64,000 nucleotides of DNA from Octopus bimaculoides (GCF_001194135.2 NC_068982.1:37464004-37528003), one strand, 5' to 3'; counted from the first letter of the stretch, positions 25,379 to 39,057 are shown. Translations and numbers: made by a program. The notes: generated from the letters alone by a model not told the origin.

Positions 25379-26274
25379 ATAATTTTGAATTAATGATACA
25401 GTATCTTGTAACTTTGAGATTTCAGTGAGTTGATTGTATATTTTTAGAATGACATTGTAGGGTAAGTACAAGAGGCCAAATTTTGACAGTTTGAACATAA
25501 AACTGGTAGAATATTCAGGTCGGATATGGCTAGTTTAAATGCTAAAGTGTTAAAGTGGCTAGAACTTGTATAAGAGGGAGACTCAGGAAGACATGGGATG
25601 AAGTAGTGAAGGCTGATCTCAAGATATTGAGTCTTATGGAAGAGGTAACAAAAGACTGAGATCATAGATGTTTTGCTGTGCTCAAGGAGACCTGTCCATC
25701 ATAACAAAAGTGAACTTCTAAAAGTGTTATGTTAATGACTGCACTCATTGTCCCTGCTCTTGCAACCAATCTGTTCCTCTCAAGCTCTCTCCATCTCTCA
25801 TATCATCCCTCCATCTCTCATATCATCCCTCCATCATGCTTCTAACAGTGACACTATTCAGCTGCTGTAATCAGATGACAGCAGAATCAGCATATGTTTT
25901 ATCCCTTTTTTTGAAGTTGTTACCTCTCTCAAAAAGACACCTTAGAAGTTAAATGGGTGGTTAAGTAATTAGCTCAATGTAAGATTTGTTTTCTTTGCAA
26001 AAAATAAAGCAATTAGCTCATTGTAATTTTTTTAAATAAATTTTAGACTTTTCTTTCATACTACTACATGTTAGATATTATATGATAATGGGAAATCATT
26101 ATAAGTGTTTTAACTTCAAAAGTGAAAACAAAACCATCATACCACTATGATATCTGACAGATCTACACTTTCAGTATTACAGATAAGATTCTTAAAATAA
26201 TACATAAACATTATGACCCTACATATGAAATGCTTCACTGACAAAAGTCTTTTAGAAATTTTTTAATATATAGG

Positions 26275-26437
26275 AGCAGGTGTGGCTGTGTGGTGAGAAG
26301 CTTGCTTTCCAACCACATGGCTCTAGGTTTAATCTCACTACGTGGCACCTTGGGCAAGTGTCTTCTTGTGTAGTCCTGGGCTGACTAAAGTTTTGTCAGT
26401 AGGTTTGGTAGACAGAAACTGAAAGAAACCTGTTGTG
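26275..26437 (+). mobile_element. SINE family A, 5' part
   Basis: gcaggtgtggctgtgtggtgagaagcttgctttccaaccacatgg. Confidence 0.85.
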
Positions 26438-27707
26438 TATCATCATTGTTTAACGTCTGTTTTCCATGCTGGCATGAGTTGGACGGTTTGACTGAGGTCT
26501 GGAGAGCCAGCGGCTGCACCAAGCTCCAATCTGATCCGGCAATGTTAGGATGCCCTTCCTAACACCAACCACTCCGAGAGTGTAGTGAGTTCTTTTTATG
26601 TGCTACCAGCACAGAAGCCAGTCAGGTGGGCCTGGCATCGATCATGTTCGGATAGTGCTTTTTATGTGCTACCAGTATGGGGTACTAGCATAGGCCATGT
26701 TTGGATGGTGCTTTTTACATGTCACCGGCATGGGAGCCAATTGGCATCAGCCACATTCAGATGGTGCTTTTTACATGTCACCAGCACAGGGACCAGTCAG
26801 GTGGTCCTGATGTTGATCACGTTTGGATAGTGCTTTTTATGTGCCACCAGCATGGGAGCCAGTCAGGGGGTACTAGCATCGGCTACATTTGGATAGTGCT
26901 TTTTATGTGCCACCGGTATGGGAGCCAGTCAGGAGGCACTGGCCACAACTACAATATTAGTTTTACTTGATTCAACAGGTCTTCTCAAGCATATCATATC
27001 GCCCAACGCATAAGGAGTATTCTTAACTGGGTTGGACATGCATAGCTGCAATCTGACTTTAGTTGCCGGGTCTTCTCAATCGCAGCATATTTCCAAAGGT
27101 CTTGGTCTCCTGTCATTGCTTCTGTGAGGCCCAATGTTTGAAGGTCATGCTTCACCACCTTATTCCATCTCTTACTGGGTCTACCTCTTCCACAGGTTCG
27201 TTCCACACTAAGGAAGTGGCACTTCCTCACACAGCTGTCCTCATCTATACATAACACATGACCATACCAGCGCAGTCGTCTTTCTTGCACACCACATTTG
27301 ATGCTTCTTATGCCCAACTTTTCTATCAGGGCTCTTACACTCTGTAGTGTATGCACACTGACATTACACATCCAGCGAATCATACTAGCTTCATTTCTTT
27401 CAAGCCTACACATATCCTCTTTAGTCATGGCCCATGTTTCACTGCAATGTAGCATGGCAGTTCACACACATGCATCATACAGTCTACCTTTCATCCTGAG
27501 CGAGAGGCCTTTTCCTGCCAGCAGAGGTAGGAGCTCCCTGAACTTTACCCAGGATATTCTTATTCTAGCTGCTACATTCTCAGAGCAACCATGCCTAGGT
27601 AGTGGAAGCTATTGACTACTTCTAGTTTCTCCCCCTGGCATGTGATGGAATCTGTTTTCTGTACATCTTCAGTGTTTATTGCCCCTGTGCATCTGCCACA
27701 CACAAAA
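26438..27707 (-). mobile_element. RTE LINE, 5'-truncated, about six 3'UTR units
   Basis: LHCSETWAMTKEDMCRLERNEASMIRWMC...QERRLRWYGH; very similar to 14996-16080. Confidence 0.93.
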
Positions 27708-28070
27708 ACCCTAACTCTAAAACCCGAACCCTAACCCTAAAGCTAAAACCAGTACAAACGCACGAACGATGTCATTAATAACAGTACTGCCGATAGTTGT
27801 TGTTGACAAACAACGGCACTAATTTTATTCAAGGGAAAAGATCCCATTACACTGCCACAACGTGTTGTTTACAAACCACAGTAGTAATTGTTTTCACCTC
27901 AATAAATGTCAGTGATTGGTCGAAATTACCGAAATACGACAACTTTAACACGAAATAACTTAAAAAATTAAACTTTTCTCAACAACACTAAGAATAAAAG
28001 ATGTTTTATTTGACACATTCTACCGGTGTCCCAAGTGTGAAAGTGTTTCATTAGAAAACAAATGGTGTCC
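27708..28070. mobile_element. Non-autonomous element beginning with degenerate (CCCTAA)n (Helitron/Helentron-derivative-like)
   Basis: accctaactctaaaacccgaaccctaaccctaaagctaaaacc followed by a segment homologous to 503-660; the class is inferred. Confidence 0.55.
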
Positions 28071-28220
28071 GCCAAATCAGAAAGATCCGAAAAATAGTAT
28101 GATAGATGTAAAACAACTTGCTCTGAATGAATATGAAAAAAAAAACACGCGCTCGCGAAAGTGGGTGGGGAGAGGTCTTGGAACATTCACATTGTCACAC
28201 ATCATCAGTTCATGGCCTCT

Positions 28221-28591
28221 AAACTATAGTGTTTGACTCGAGCTCAAAAATGAAAAAAAATTAGTGTAATAGGTGTAAAACAAATTGCTGGGAACGAATA
28301 TGAAAAAAAATGCGCTCTTGCGAACGAGGAGGGGGCTTGAAACATTCTCATCCTGANNNNNNNNNNNNNNNNNNNNNNNNNNNNNNNNNNNNNNNNNNNN
28401 NNNNNNNNNNNNNNNNNNNNNNNNNNNNNNNNNNNNNNNNNNNNNNNNNNNNNNNNNNNNNNNNNNNNNNNNNNNNNNNNNNNNNNNNNNNNNNNNNNNN
28501 NNNNNNNNNNNTATTCGTTCCCAGCAAGTTGTTTTACACCTATTACACTAGTTTTTTTTCGTTTTTGAGCTCGGGTCAAACGCTTTAGTTT
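28221..28591. mobile_element. MITE-like element with ~80-bp terminal inverted repeats (gapped centre)
   Basis: gtttgactcgagctcaaaaatgaaaaaaaattagtgtaataggtgtaaaacaaattgctgggaacgaata is inverted at 28512-28591 with a few mismatches. Confidence 0.8.
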
Positions 28592-28599
28592 GACCGATT

Positions 28600-29070
28600 T
28601 CATAAACCTGGCTCATCAATCATGGCCGAAGTATACTGCAGCCAACTGGACAAAATGATGCAGAAACTTACCAAAGAACAGCCTAGATTAGTCAATAGAC
28701 CCACTCCTATTTTATTGCAAGACAAAAATGACATTGGCAAAACTACTGGAATTGGAGTTGGAAGTTCTCCATCATCTACCATACTCATCTGATTTTGCTC
28801 CCACTGACTACCACTTCTTCCAGAATGTGGATAACTTTTTAATAGGAAAAAAATTTAATTTCAATGATGCTGCAAAACAGGCGTTCCAAGATTTTATTGA
28901 CTCTAGATTGCCAGGCTTTTACAGTTCCAGGCTGGACAAGCTACCATTGAAATGGCAAAAGTGTATTGACAATATGGGTGCATACTTTGATGAATAAAAC
29001 TATTCCTTGTATTTATAAAAGATTAGCAAACTTTTTTTCTTTTCTACAAATTTCATACTTGACAACCTAA
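28600..29070 (+). mobile_element. mariner (DD34D) transposase 3' remnant with right TIR
   Basis: EVLHHLPYSSDFAPTDYHFF...WQKCIDNMGAYFDE*; TIR tttcatacttgacaaccta followed by TA. Confidence 0.92.
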
Positions 29071-29699
29071 TAACAGAAATTTTTGATTACCTTAAGTCAA
29101 TCAATGCACTTCATTCATGGCTATTTCTACAACTATCTACTGCTATGTGTATAGACCCACATTGCCAAATATGCTGCCAGAAGAATTAGCTTCTGTTCCA
29201 ATATAAAAAAACAAAAAAACTATGCACCCTAAATCAATTCCTATTCCTTATATTTCCCCCAAATCATTCAATATATGGTGTTATATTGAGATTTTCAATC
29301 TGTGATTCTCTGAAGCTTTTTGCTATAAAAATTTTAGATTCCATTCTAAAACTAATCTACAAAACCTCTTTTATGTTTTCCTTACTTTTTTCCTGCTACT
29401 TGTAAAATTCTGTTTTATCAGTGTGAACAATTTGTGCTCATTCCATCATAAAAAGACTCTGTATATAAGCTCCTGTATTTGCACATAATGAATTCTTATA
29501 TTTTGTTCATTTGATTTCATGTCTGTTTTTTCCAAACTATCATGGGTTACATAAGTATATTATTGAGGCAGTGTTTTATAGCCTAATGCCCTTCCTGTTG
29601 CTAACTCTTACTTGTTTTTCAAGTAAGAGATCTCTTATTCTGCACATTTTCAAAAGTGCTGCAAAGCCAGTAATTTTTGGAGAAGCACAAATGTAGACA

Positions 29700-29700
29700 C

Positions 29701-29734
<34 letters not shown>

Positions 29735-29870
29735 GGGCTGCTTTCAGTTTCAGTCTACCAAATCTACTGAAATCTAAGGTGCTATTTGGCCATGGGCTTA
29801 CAGTTGAATACGCTTGCCCAAGGTGCTACACAATGGGACCATACCTGAAACTATGTGGTTGGGAAGCAGA
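29700..29870 (-). mobile_element. SINE family A, reverse, partial
   Basis: gggctgctttcagtttcagtctaccaaatct...atgtggttgggaagc. Confidence 0.75.
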
Positions 29871-30041
29871 CTTATGAATTAAACAAAAATCGTGGGCAGA
29901 CAAATAGCTGTGTGAGTAAGATATTTACTCTAATCACATACTTGCTGGTCCAATTACATTGCACAGAACATTCGGGAAAGTGTTTTTTCACCATAGCTTT
30001 AAAATTTGGTAGACTATGCAGTGTGTGTGTGCGTGTGTATG

Positions 30042-30089
<48 letters not shown>

Positions 30090-30914
30090 TACATACATAC
30101 ATATATATTCTCTTTGTAAACTGGTGAACTCTTCCTTCAAGTTTCTTGATAGAACCAGATTTTCTTGGCTCTAAATTTTCAGGAAACTGAAATTCTGCTG
30201 AACTTCTCAACTAGATTTAAAGACAAATTTATAGCAGAATTGCAGGGTATTGGCCTGGCCTGTGTAGATAACTTAATGCTTAGTAACTTTCTTGTAAATT
30301 AGGTGGACAACTAAATGGTATTACAGACTAAGTATCATTCTAGCATAAGTGGTAAATATTATATTTCACTACAGAGTTTATGGGTATAATCAAATCTTTA
30401 GCTGGGTATTTCAGTGTTCCTAGATCTGTTTCATTTGAGTCAATTAATGTTATTCAATAATTACACTGTAGATTTTTTTTACATAGGTATAAGGTATCAG
30501 ACTTTTTAAAGGTAACTAATTGATACTGTAATGTTTTTCAAAAACATTAGAGACAGAAGTGAAATGATTGCAACTAAGAATATGAGTTTACTTTATCCTT
30601 TCTTTCATTTAGTAAAGAAAAGGAGATATTGATTTCTCTTTTAGGTTTGATCCTCTTGATATTTTTAAAGGTTATTGAATTCAACCTATTACTTCATTTA
30701 TCAATTTCATAAATGAAAGGCTAAGAAGTTAGTTTCCATCAGATTTCTATCTACTGGCAATCTGGTTGAGAAGCTGGCTTCCCAACCATGGTCTTGGGTT
30801 CATTCCCACTGTGCAGCACCTTGGACAAATGTCTTCTACTATAGACCTATGCTGACCAAAGCCTTATGGGTTGATAGGAAAAGACTAAAAGGTGTGTGAG
30901 TGTGTGTATGTGCA

Positions 30915-31100
30915 CGTGCATATCCTTGTCTAGATATCACATGATGGTTGTAAATGAGCATGGAAAACATGTCTGGCCATGGGGATATATTAGCTTGCTT
31001 GGAAATATGAGAGTGGCTGAAAGGACATCTCATAGAAAGTCTACCTCAGATTCTATCTCACCCACGCAAGCATGGAAAGTGGACGTTAAATGATGACGAT
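30915..31100 (+). mobile_element. LINE-tail-type short repeat ending in gcatggaaagtggacgttaaatgatgac; a reverse relative lies at 55195-55400
   Basis: Shares its terminal motif with the RTE tails. Confidence 0.65.
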
Positions 31101-32174
31101 TGTATTATCATCATGAAATATGAGGTTGCAGATAAATTATTGTAAAAGTTCTAGTTCAGTTATAGACAACTTAGCTATACTCAGAAAATATTAACCATAC
31201 TGATCTAATTCTACATTGGCTTTTTGCATCAGGAAGGGTTTACAAGCTTTTATGAACTCAATTTGTATGGTATCATTCTATAATACTTAAAGCTCATTGC
31301 TTAGTTTATTGTAATGTCTAACAAAGTTGTAATTTATTAGAAAGCATCTCAAACATAATGTTGGGAGAGGTTATAATGATGGAAAAATAACATCATTTTC
31401 AGTAATATTTTCTTTATCTTGTTTCAATATTTGGTTATTGAGCTAGAAACCAGCATTGTTTACTTTCCAAATTTCTAATACAATCAAAGACTAATTAAGT
31501 ATTTTGTATTTATTTTAAACCAAAAAGAAATAAACATTGTGTGTTAATCTTTGTGTCAATATATGCAAAATTGCACTGTTTATACCTTTTATATCCTTAG
31601 TAATTGTGTGTGTGCATCTAAAACTAATTACTCTGTTGTTTACGGTTCACACTATACTTTATTGACTATTAATGATTTTTAATTATACTAAATTAGAATT
31701 TCTAAAATCATTGATTGAAATAGCCTATCAATTTCCTGAATCTAATTTTTCATCTAATATAGTTTGATATATTGTAATAATTTTCTGCATGAACTAGGTT
31801 TCTAAATGAATCTTAATATTTAAAAAAATATAATATGAAGAAATAATTCAAGTATTAATTAAAAATTGTGTTTGTGTTTTTCTCTTGCATCAATTTAGCT
31901 GGAAAGTAGCTATGAATAATAATATAATTTATAATAGAATTGTTGTTGGTAAAATGAGTGTTTTATTAAATAGTAGTATATACAAAACTTTTTTTAATGT
32001 TAAATACAAAAGCGTAATTCTTTCATTAACTAGTGTTTTTAATTAAGTGTTTATTTATAATAATATATGAAGATTGCAATGTGCTTCACATCTTCAATAT
32101 ATAATAAATGTTATTAATGTTCTGAGAAAATCGACCTCTACTGTTCAATTGCTAACACAGCTTTTCCTTTCCAG

Positions 32175-32575
32175 GTTGATTGTCAGGTAATCAAACAAGA
32201 ACCACTCTCTGAAAGAAATCTTCCATTATTTGGGACTAAAACTGATATATCATCGAATTTAATTGATAAATTACCCTCAGATGTTAATGACAACTCTGGC
32301 CAGCTAATCATTCCTGCAGATTTGCAATCTCACATTAACTCTGAGAATTTAACCACTCACTTTAATCTACCTGATATTACAAATTATTTTAGTCAAACTT
32401 CTTCATTAAATGATTGCATCCTAGCACAACCCACTGTTTACAACCAATCTACCATGCTTAATAATGCACAGATTCCAAGAATACAGTCTAGGCTTTCACA
32501 CATGACTGTAGATGCCCAACAAAATATGGAACTTCAAAACCAAATACAAAGACAGAACAAAAGATCCTTATATGG
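32175..32575 (+). CDS. Internal coding exon (phase 0 to phase 2), low-complexity S/N/Q-rich linker; predicted exon 2 of the THAP module
   Basis: Acceptor cttttcctttccag|GTT; open frame VDCQVIKQEPLSERNLP...QNQIQRQNKRSLY(G), 133 codons plus 2 nt; donor TATGG|GTAAGT. The start phase matches THAP exon 1. Confidence 0.8.
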
Positions 32576-35500
32576 GTAAGTTAACTCTTCTAGCTCTTAG
32601 TTTATGTTCTTTCAAAGTAGAAGAAAGGCTTTGGAAAAATACTCAACTCAAACTTTCATCAAATTCTAATAAAGACTTGTCAGTTGGCTGTATGTCTATC
32701 CTGTTGACATCTAAGAGCCTCCTTTCGAACACTTTTTGAAGTGGTGGATGAATAACATAGGGGATATTTTTCAAGTCTGGATTCATTAATACAGAAAACT
32801 TTCATGATTACAGATCTCCTTGGACTGGGGCTCGTTTTAATCAAGGAGTCTACTGCATATTGACTTTATCAACTATTTTACATTGTTATCACCTTATTAA
32901 TGGACATAAAACATATCAGTGAAATCTGGATTGAAATCTAGAATTGAAACCACTGCTTCTACTGTGAAGTTTGCTGTCTTACTGACTAGCTTGTACAACT
33001 GCCATTTAAGAGTTTCTAAACTGGAAATTATTTTATACACTATAAGGTTTGTTTTTATGAATTTTTAATTTTATATTGGATTATTTTATGTCAATAAATA
33101 AATTTCTCATAAAATTGCTGAACAACCAAAGGACAATTCATTTATCATCTTGAATAATATATAATTATTTAATAATCATTGATAGATCACCACACATCTT
33201 CATGGTCTACTGCTTCACTACTAACATTTTTTATACACTGGACAAGACTAATTGTTACTTTGTTGTTTGTGTTTAGCTCATTTCTGTGCATCTTCTCTCA
33301 ATTGTATCAAGTGTACATTAAAAAAAAATTTTTAATTATTGTAACCACTAGTTGGCTATAATTCAGAGTGATCAATAAAAGTCTATGTTTTTTATTTATA
33401 TTTTCATCTGGAAATAGAAATAGATGTCACTTATCTCTTAATTCTTGTAGATATTTATTTGATTCAGATAGATGGCCCTCTCAATGTTAAGCACTCACCA
33501 TTTGACTATACAATCAGAATGGTAACTAATTCTTCAAATATCTTAAGTGAAACAAAGTGAAGTGAATAACAGTTGAGCAATGTTTCTCTCCTAAAAGAAG
33601 ATTAAAATACTTATGATAGGCTTTGAACCTATAATTTGTAGGTTTGTAGAATATTATGTATGATGAAACTGAAATATTTTGTTCATATATTTTACTAAGT
33701 AAAAATTTCTGCAAGTACAGTCATCATCTTGCTGATTAACCCCATCGTCAGGTGTCAGGTCTAATCAAGCAAACCTATTATGACAAAAACGATTCCAGCC
33801 TTGAATGCCTAGTCCCTTTTTTTTTTTGTCTTTTCAATGCAGCCTTTCTTTTTCTTTTTTCTTTTTTTTTTCAGGCAATAGGATGAGATTTGATTACTGT
33901 TTTTGATTACATTGATTGATCATATAGAAGTTCTTTTGTTGGTTTGTTGGTCATCTTGTTTATATATGTGATGATTAAATCTGCTGAATATCTGAGTTTA
34001 CCCAAAACTATTTCACTCATTTGGAACTGAAATGAATATCTTTTAAGTCAATATAAAATATTGAAACAAAGTAAAAAAAAAAATAATGATACACATCAAG
34101 AAGAACTATTTCAATATCAATCTAATATTTTAGTGATAAAGCATTTGTTATATTTTAGAAGTTTGAGTTATACTATAGGAAAAAGGGCATGTTGCTTGTA
34201 TATGTGATGAGAATAATTGTTTCAGATTAATGTGATGAAAATAATAAGAGTAATAAATTGGATAAAAATGTTTTTGTTAACATATTGTAGCTGATATAGA
34301 ATTAATTGTAAAAAATATTTAAGAATGTAATAGCTACAGTTTACAAAAATGAACAAAAATAGGAAATAAATTATTAAGTGATGTATAGTATTTAAATAAT
34401 GTAAAAATAAACACATTTTGATTGTCAGTGTTGAGAATTTTCAACATCCCACAGATGTCTGAACTGGAAGAGTAAACTGCAACAATCCAGATTGGTCCTC
34501 TTTATAATTGTAGTTGTCATAATGCTCATTTCAGTATTGGATTCCTGACTAATTGGTTCATCATTAATGTCTAATTTCCATATTTGCTTTTACTACCTTA
34601 ATGTTCTGCTACATACATTATCTTCATGCCATGCAATGCATTTGGAAATGTTGAGATTACAAATGTATCCTCTTTATGTTTATCTAGTTAGATAGGAGGT
34701 AGCCACAAAACAATTGCAATTAGAACCTTGAAAAATGTTCAAATTTAATCCATTACACGACTGATAAAAGTATTAAAAATAGATTAAAAAAAAATAATAG
34801 TAATAATAAAAAGTGTGGAAAAAATGAAATATATGTTATTTATTGTTGACTCTAATTAAATGGATTGTACATTTTAAAGGCATTTAAAATAGAAGAATTA
34901 TGTATATAATTTTGTTTTATATTCTAATGTATGAATACGTATGAATATATTTACCTTGTTGAAACATGTTCCATAGAATATGTTATTTAAGCTAAATGTA
35001 ATATAATTATATAAAATTTAGATAATGCATTTCTTGGCTTGTTATGAATTCATCTGATAAATTTAGAACACTTCTGATATTGATTGCTTCTATTGATCTT
35101 TTAAAAGCTACTCGAGGTTTGGTGCTAGTTATTCATTAATTATTTTATATGCATTTTTTTCTTCATCTCTTTGAATTCCCAAACAGAAGCTATTATAAAA
35201 CTCCAGATATGCTTAGTCAACTGCTAGTTAATTATATTGTATATTTAGCTCTAGTCCAGTGTACAGTTAATTAGATTAGAAGACAAATCTAGCTACTTAC
35301 AAGCTTTCTTTGTGTTCTTTGCCCCTTCTTCCTCCATTGCCAATTACTTCAAATATTCCAACTCATTTTCAGAAGATTATTTCATTCTGTAGTTAAAATT
35401 TAACATTTAAAATTATTTCTGTTCTGTGTTTCTTTATTTGCATATATATTTATCTAAAACCTACATCTACCATACTATTACAATCCAACAATACTAATAG

Positions 35501-37407
35501 AGAAAAATAGAACCAGAAATTTATTAAAATACTCTTTTTCTTTATTATAATTGTTTTCATTTAGTTTGATATTTTCTTGTGTGGGAGAGGTGAAGGCAGG
35601 TCTCAGTTTCAACTCAATATTTCAAGTTTCTAAACAAGTATTTAATCTTGTTATTACATTCAACATTTTTTTATATACAATAAATATTTATTATTCACTA
35701 GCTTCAATGCTAAATGGAATGAAAGAAATTTAACTAAAAAGTGCTATCAATAGAATATTTCATTTTTTTCAAAATATTTGACAACTATTCTAATATTTGA
35801 TATTAATTTCAGTTATGTTATCTTTGTTGCAAAAATATTTAATGTTATTGTGTTATCTTTATTATAAATTAATGTTTCCAACCTCAAATTGGATTATTTT
35901 GCACAAACTTAATTGACAATAAACACAGTAACATGCAGGCACAGTATTGACAACATACATGCTTTAACCCAGAAACACATATATTCCCTGAGTCCTAAAG
36001 TATCTCAAGCTGCAGTTATCTAGTACCAGCTTTGCCATAAAGAGCAATATCATAAGGAGTTCTGCAGGAGTTCTGTGAGTACATGCCATTGATAATACCC
36101 AATGAGACTGAAATGCATTTGGCATTCTCACTAGCTGCTGTTGAGACGATTATGTATTATAAATACAGCATGTCCATAAGAAGTGTTATTTCAGGATGGA
36201 TACCAGGTAAATTGCCTTTCAACAACATATTTACATTAAGTATGATACATAAATGGTTATTTAAAAAAAAATTTATATTGCACTTTGTGAGTCATAGCTT
36301 CATAGGTTAGAGGATTCCAATGGGCTAATTATTGGTTTTACTCTATGTCTGATAGCAAGAATGACAAATGAGCATCTGTAAATTTGTTGATTCTTTTGAA
36401 GAGCATTGGCTTTACACTGGTATTGACATCCTTTGTGTGTGTGTGTGTGTGTGTATGTTCAAAAATATAAACATGCACACATGTATATATGCATTATGTG
36501 AATGTGTGTATACAATAAATATTTATCATTCATTGCTGTATATAAAGTCCACACATACACATGGAGTGGACTTCTGCAGAGTTTCTGTCTGCTACATTTT
36601 CTACTCAAAAGATATTGGTCAAACTGAAGCTATGGTAATAGATATTTTCCCAAGGTACCATAAAGTAGGCTCAAACCCAAGAACCATGGGGCTGTGAAAT
36701 GAACTTCTTAACTATACAGTCATGCCTGTGCTTGCAAATCATCCCCCAATGTCTCTTTGTATTCACACTGGTAAAAACTCACGTAACTTGTTTATCAGTT
36801 CTTAGGTAGCAGCCAATAATACAAGAAGTGTTTACTATACCAGCTTTTACTCCATCTTTTATATGGTTGCTCACAAAAAGTATACTGTTTTGTTAAGTTG
36901 ACTTTAATGTTGGAATTAGTTGTTCCTTTGTGTGTTAACAGTCTTGAATGTACATGAAGTTGTGAAGAGGAACAACAATGATCTATATTAGGGTCAGTCA
37001 TACTAATACCATTTCCAGCAGAAAAAATATACATAAAACATCTGGGAAAAAGTCTATGGTCAAAGCAGCAACAGGTTATGTCATAGTTTGAAGTAAGGAC
37101 TATAGAAATGAGAAGCATACACACACACACACACACACAGAGCTGAATGTTGGCCTAACTTCTGGCCAGTGTGCATTAGTCAAGGACTCCTACCAAAAGA
37201 AGATGTCTAAGAAGCTAAATGCTAGAGCACTGTATGGGTGAAGCTTAGAGACTATATTTACTAAAGAGTACAGGATCAGATTTCATATATCCAATTCAGT
37301 AGTTGCTGATGAATTTGATTGTATGGTAACCCCATCGGTAATGTACTGTCAATAAACCAATTGCTTTAGTTTCTAGATAGTGTCCAGAAGAAGATTAAAT
37401 TGCTTAA

Positions 37408-37572
37408 CTCCTTAGCACTCAGATTACTTTGTCAAATGTAATGCTTATTTTTTCACATTGCTTTGAATTATTCACAGCTTTGAGATTTTGATGATGTGAT
37501 TGTTTATTTTTAGAATGAAATTGTTGGGTAGGTGTGAGAAGCTAGATCTGGCCAGTTTAAATGCTAAAAGGG
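37408..37572. mobile_element. TTAA MITE, diverged and internally shortened copy
   Basis: ttaactccttagcactcagattac ... tgctaaaagggttaa. Confidence 0.8.
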
Positions 37573-38899
37573 TTAAAAATAGATGGAAACAAAACATTAC
37601 CTATTATGAATACTCAAGAATCAGCATTAAATACCACCACCACCACCATCAACATAATCAAATTCATATACACAAATATATGCATGCCGTCATCAACATT
37701 ATCAAATGTCTTTTAGAATTGGCAATTATAACCTTAATGTCATTGGTTGGTGTGCTTATCTTATCTACCACATTAGTTTGTCAATGCCTTTAGCCTGTAT
37801 TTCTCTTCCTCCATCTAATTATCTCCGTAGCAACTAAGTATCCAGTTGATATTGCCTTCATATGTGTCTATTGGATGCTGCTGACATATGTTATGATTGT
37901 CTTTTTCAATCACTGATTTTCTTTCATTTTGTTTAATGTCCAAAGAATTTTCTGTATTCAATTCAGTACAAAACCCATTTCCATTGTTGTAGACACTTTA
38001 TATATATGTGTGTGTGTGTGTGTGTATTTATTAAACTGCACATAAGGATACTTTTTATGTAGGCTTGGAGTATCTTCTGTCTTAAAAAAGAAAGATATTC
38101 CAAACCTCATCTCAACTCTTTTATTTCATCTTTGAAGTTGTTGCTTGCAGTGACTTTAAAGCCCACAGTCCCATTTAAATTTCTCATTTTGCCTTTATCA
38201 ATGACAATGGCAATGTGAGTTTCTCCACATTATCTTTCACTTGCAAAATATCAGCCAAATCTCCCTCAAATTTTTCCAATTTTTCAAAGACTAATTGAAT
38301 AATGTTGTCTCTAGATGCTGTACTTCTAAATAAGTGACCAAATAGTTACAACTGAAGTGTCTTTGATAATAAACATATCTTATCACCTAATGACCTGAGG
38401 CTAAATGATAACTGATTGGCTTGCTAGCTTAATTATATTCTTAGAACAAAAAGTTTGACTGTTCTCCACTCATGTTAAACTAATTCAGGATCTAATCTAC
38501 GTCTCTCTCATTTAAGATTAATGGACACACTAGAATGGTTAAAAGTCCAAAATTACCTTTTAGCAAAGACAAAGAACTTTATTTTGAATTCTAATAAGAG
38601 AGAGCTGTTTCTCTAACTTGATGCGCACCCCTCAATGTTCATTTTTGAAGCAGTGTATAAAACCGTCAGTAATTCTCCTCACTGAACATGTGGTTTTAAT
38701 TATGAAAAGAGTGTAAGAAAATCTCCAGAAAATTTCATGGACTTAGGGCTTTATTTCAGGAATAGGATCCTCTTTGCAGAGATGTTTTTAATTTTGAAAA
38801 GAGTTTTCTAAAAAGAAATAGGTTTGACGTCTTTGTAAAAATAAATATTAAATGCCTTTAACTTTTTCTCTTTTAATAATAATAATAATAATATATGTG

Positions 38900-39057
38900 C
38901 AGGCGTGGCTGTGTGGTAAGTAGTTTGCTTAGTAACTACATGGATCCAGGTTCAGTCCCACTGGGTAGTACCTTGGGCAAGTGTCTTCTACTATAGCTCC
39001 GAGCTGACCAAAACCTCGTGAGTGGATTTGGTGGACGGAAACTGAAAGAAGCCTGTC

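Larger units (their letters stand above)
24408..25549. mobile_element. TTAA MITE (same family as 5444-5668, opposite orientation), interrupted by a SINE
   Basis: ttaaCCCTTTAGCATTCAGATTAC at 24404 and TGCTAAAGTGttaa at 25540-25553; the internal halves match the reverse of 5444-5668. Confidence 0.85.
23500..25700 (+). mobile_element. Old RTE remnant, split at 24404/25553 by nested insertions
   Basis: Degenerate MQFGFVPGRG..DAIFLVRQLQ..YLTKSKSLYLAFV; the coding remnant resumes at 25554 (GR.RKTWDEVVKADL) after the TTAA. Confidence 0.85.

Noticed and set aside
26585-26945. CRISPR-like repeat array
   Set aside because: The units are contiguous, degenerate tandem repeats without unique spacers, embedded in a LINE 3'UTR in eukaryotic DNA.
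33845-33881. Strong polypyrimidine/CAG acceptor as THAP exon 3
   Set aside because: A phase-2 join gives G-Q-stop at once and the site lies in degenerate repeat-like sequence. At most a minor terminal exon; no further support.
36795-37136. 113-aa Cys-containing minus-strand ORF
   Set aside because: Starts in a (CA)n repeat and has no recognisable motif spacing; possibly very old TE debris but unassignable.
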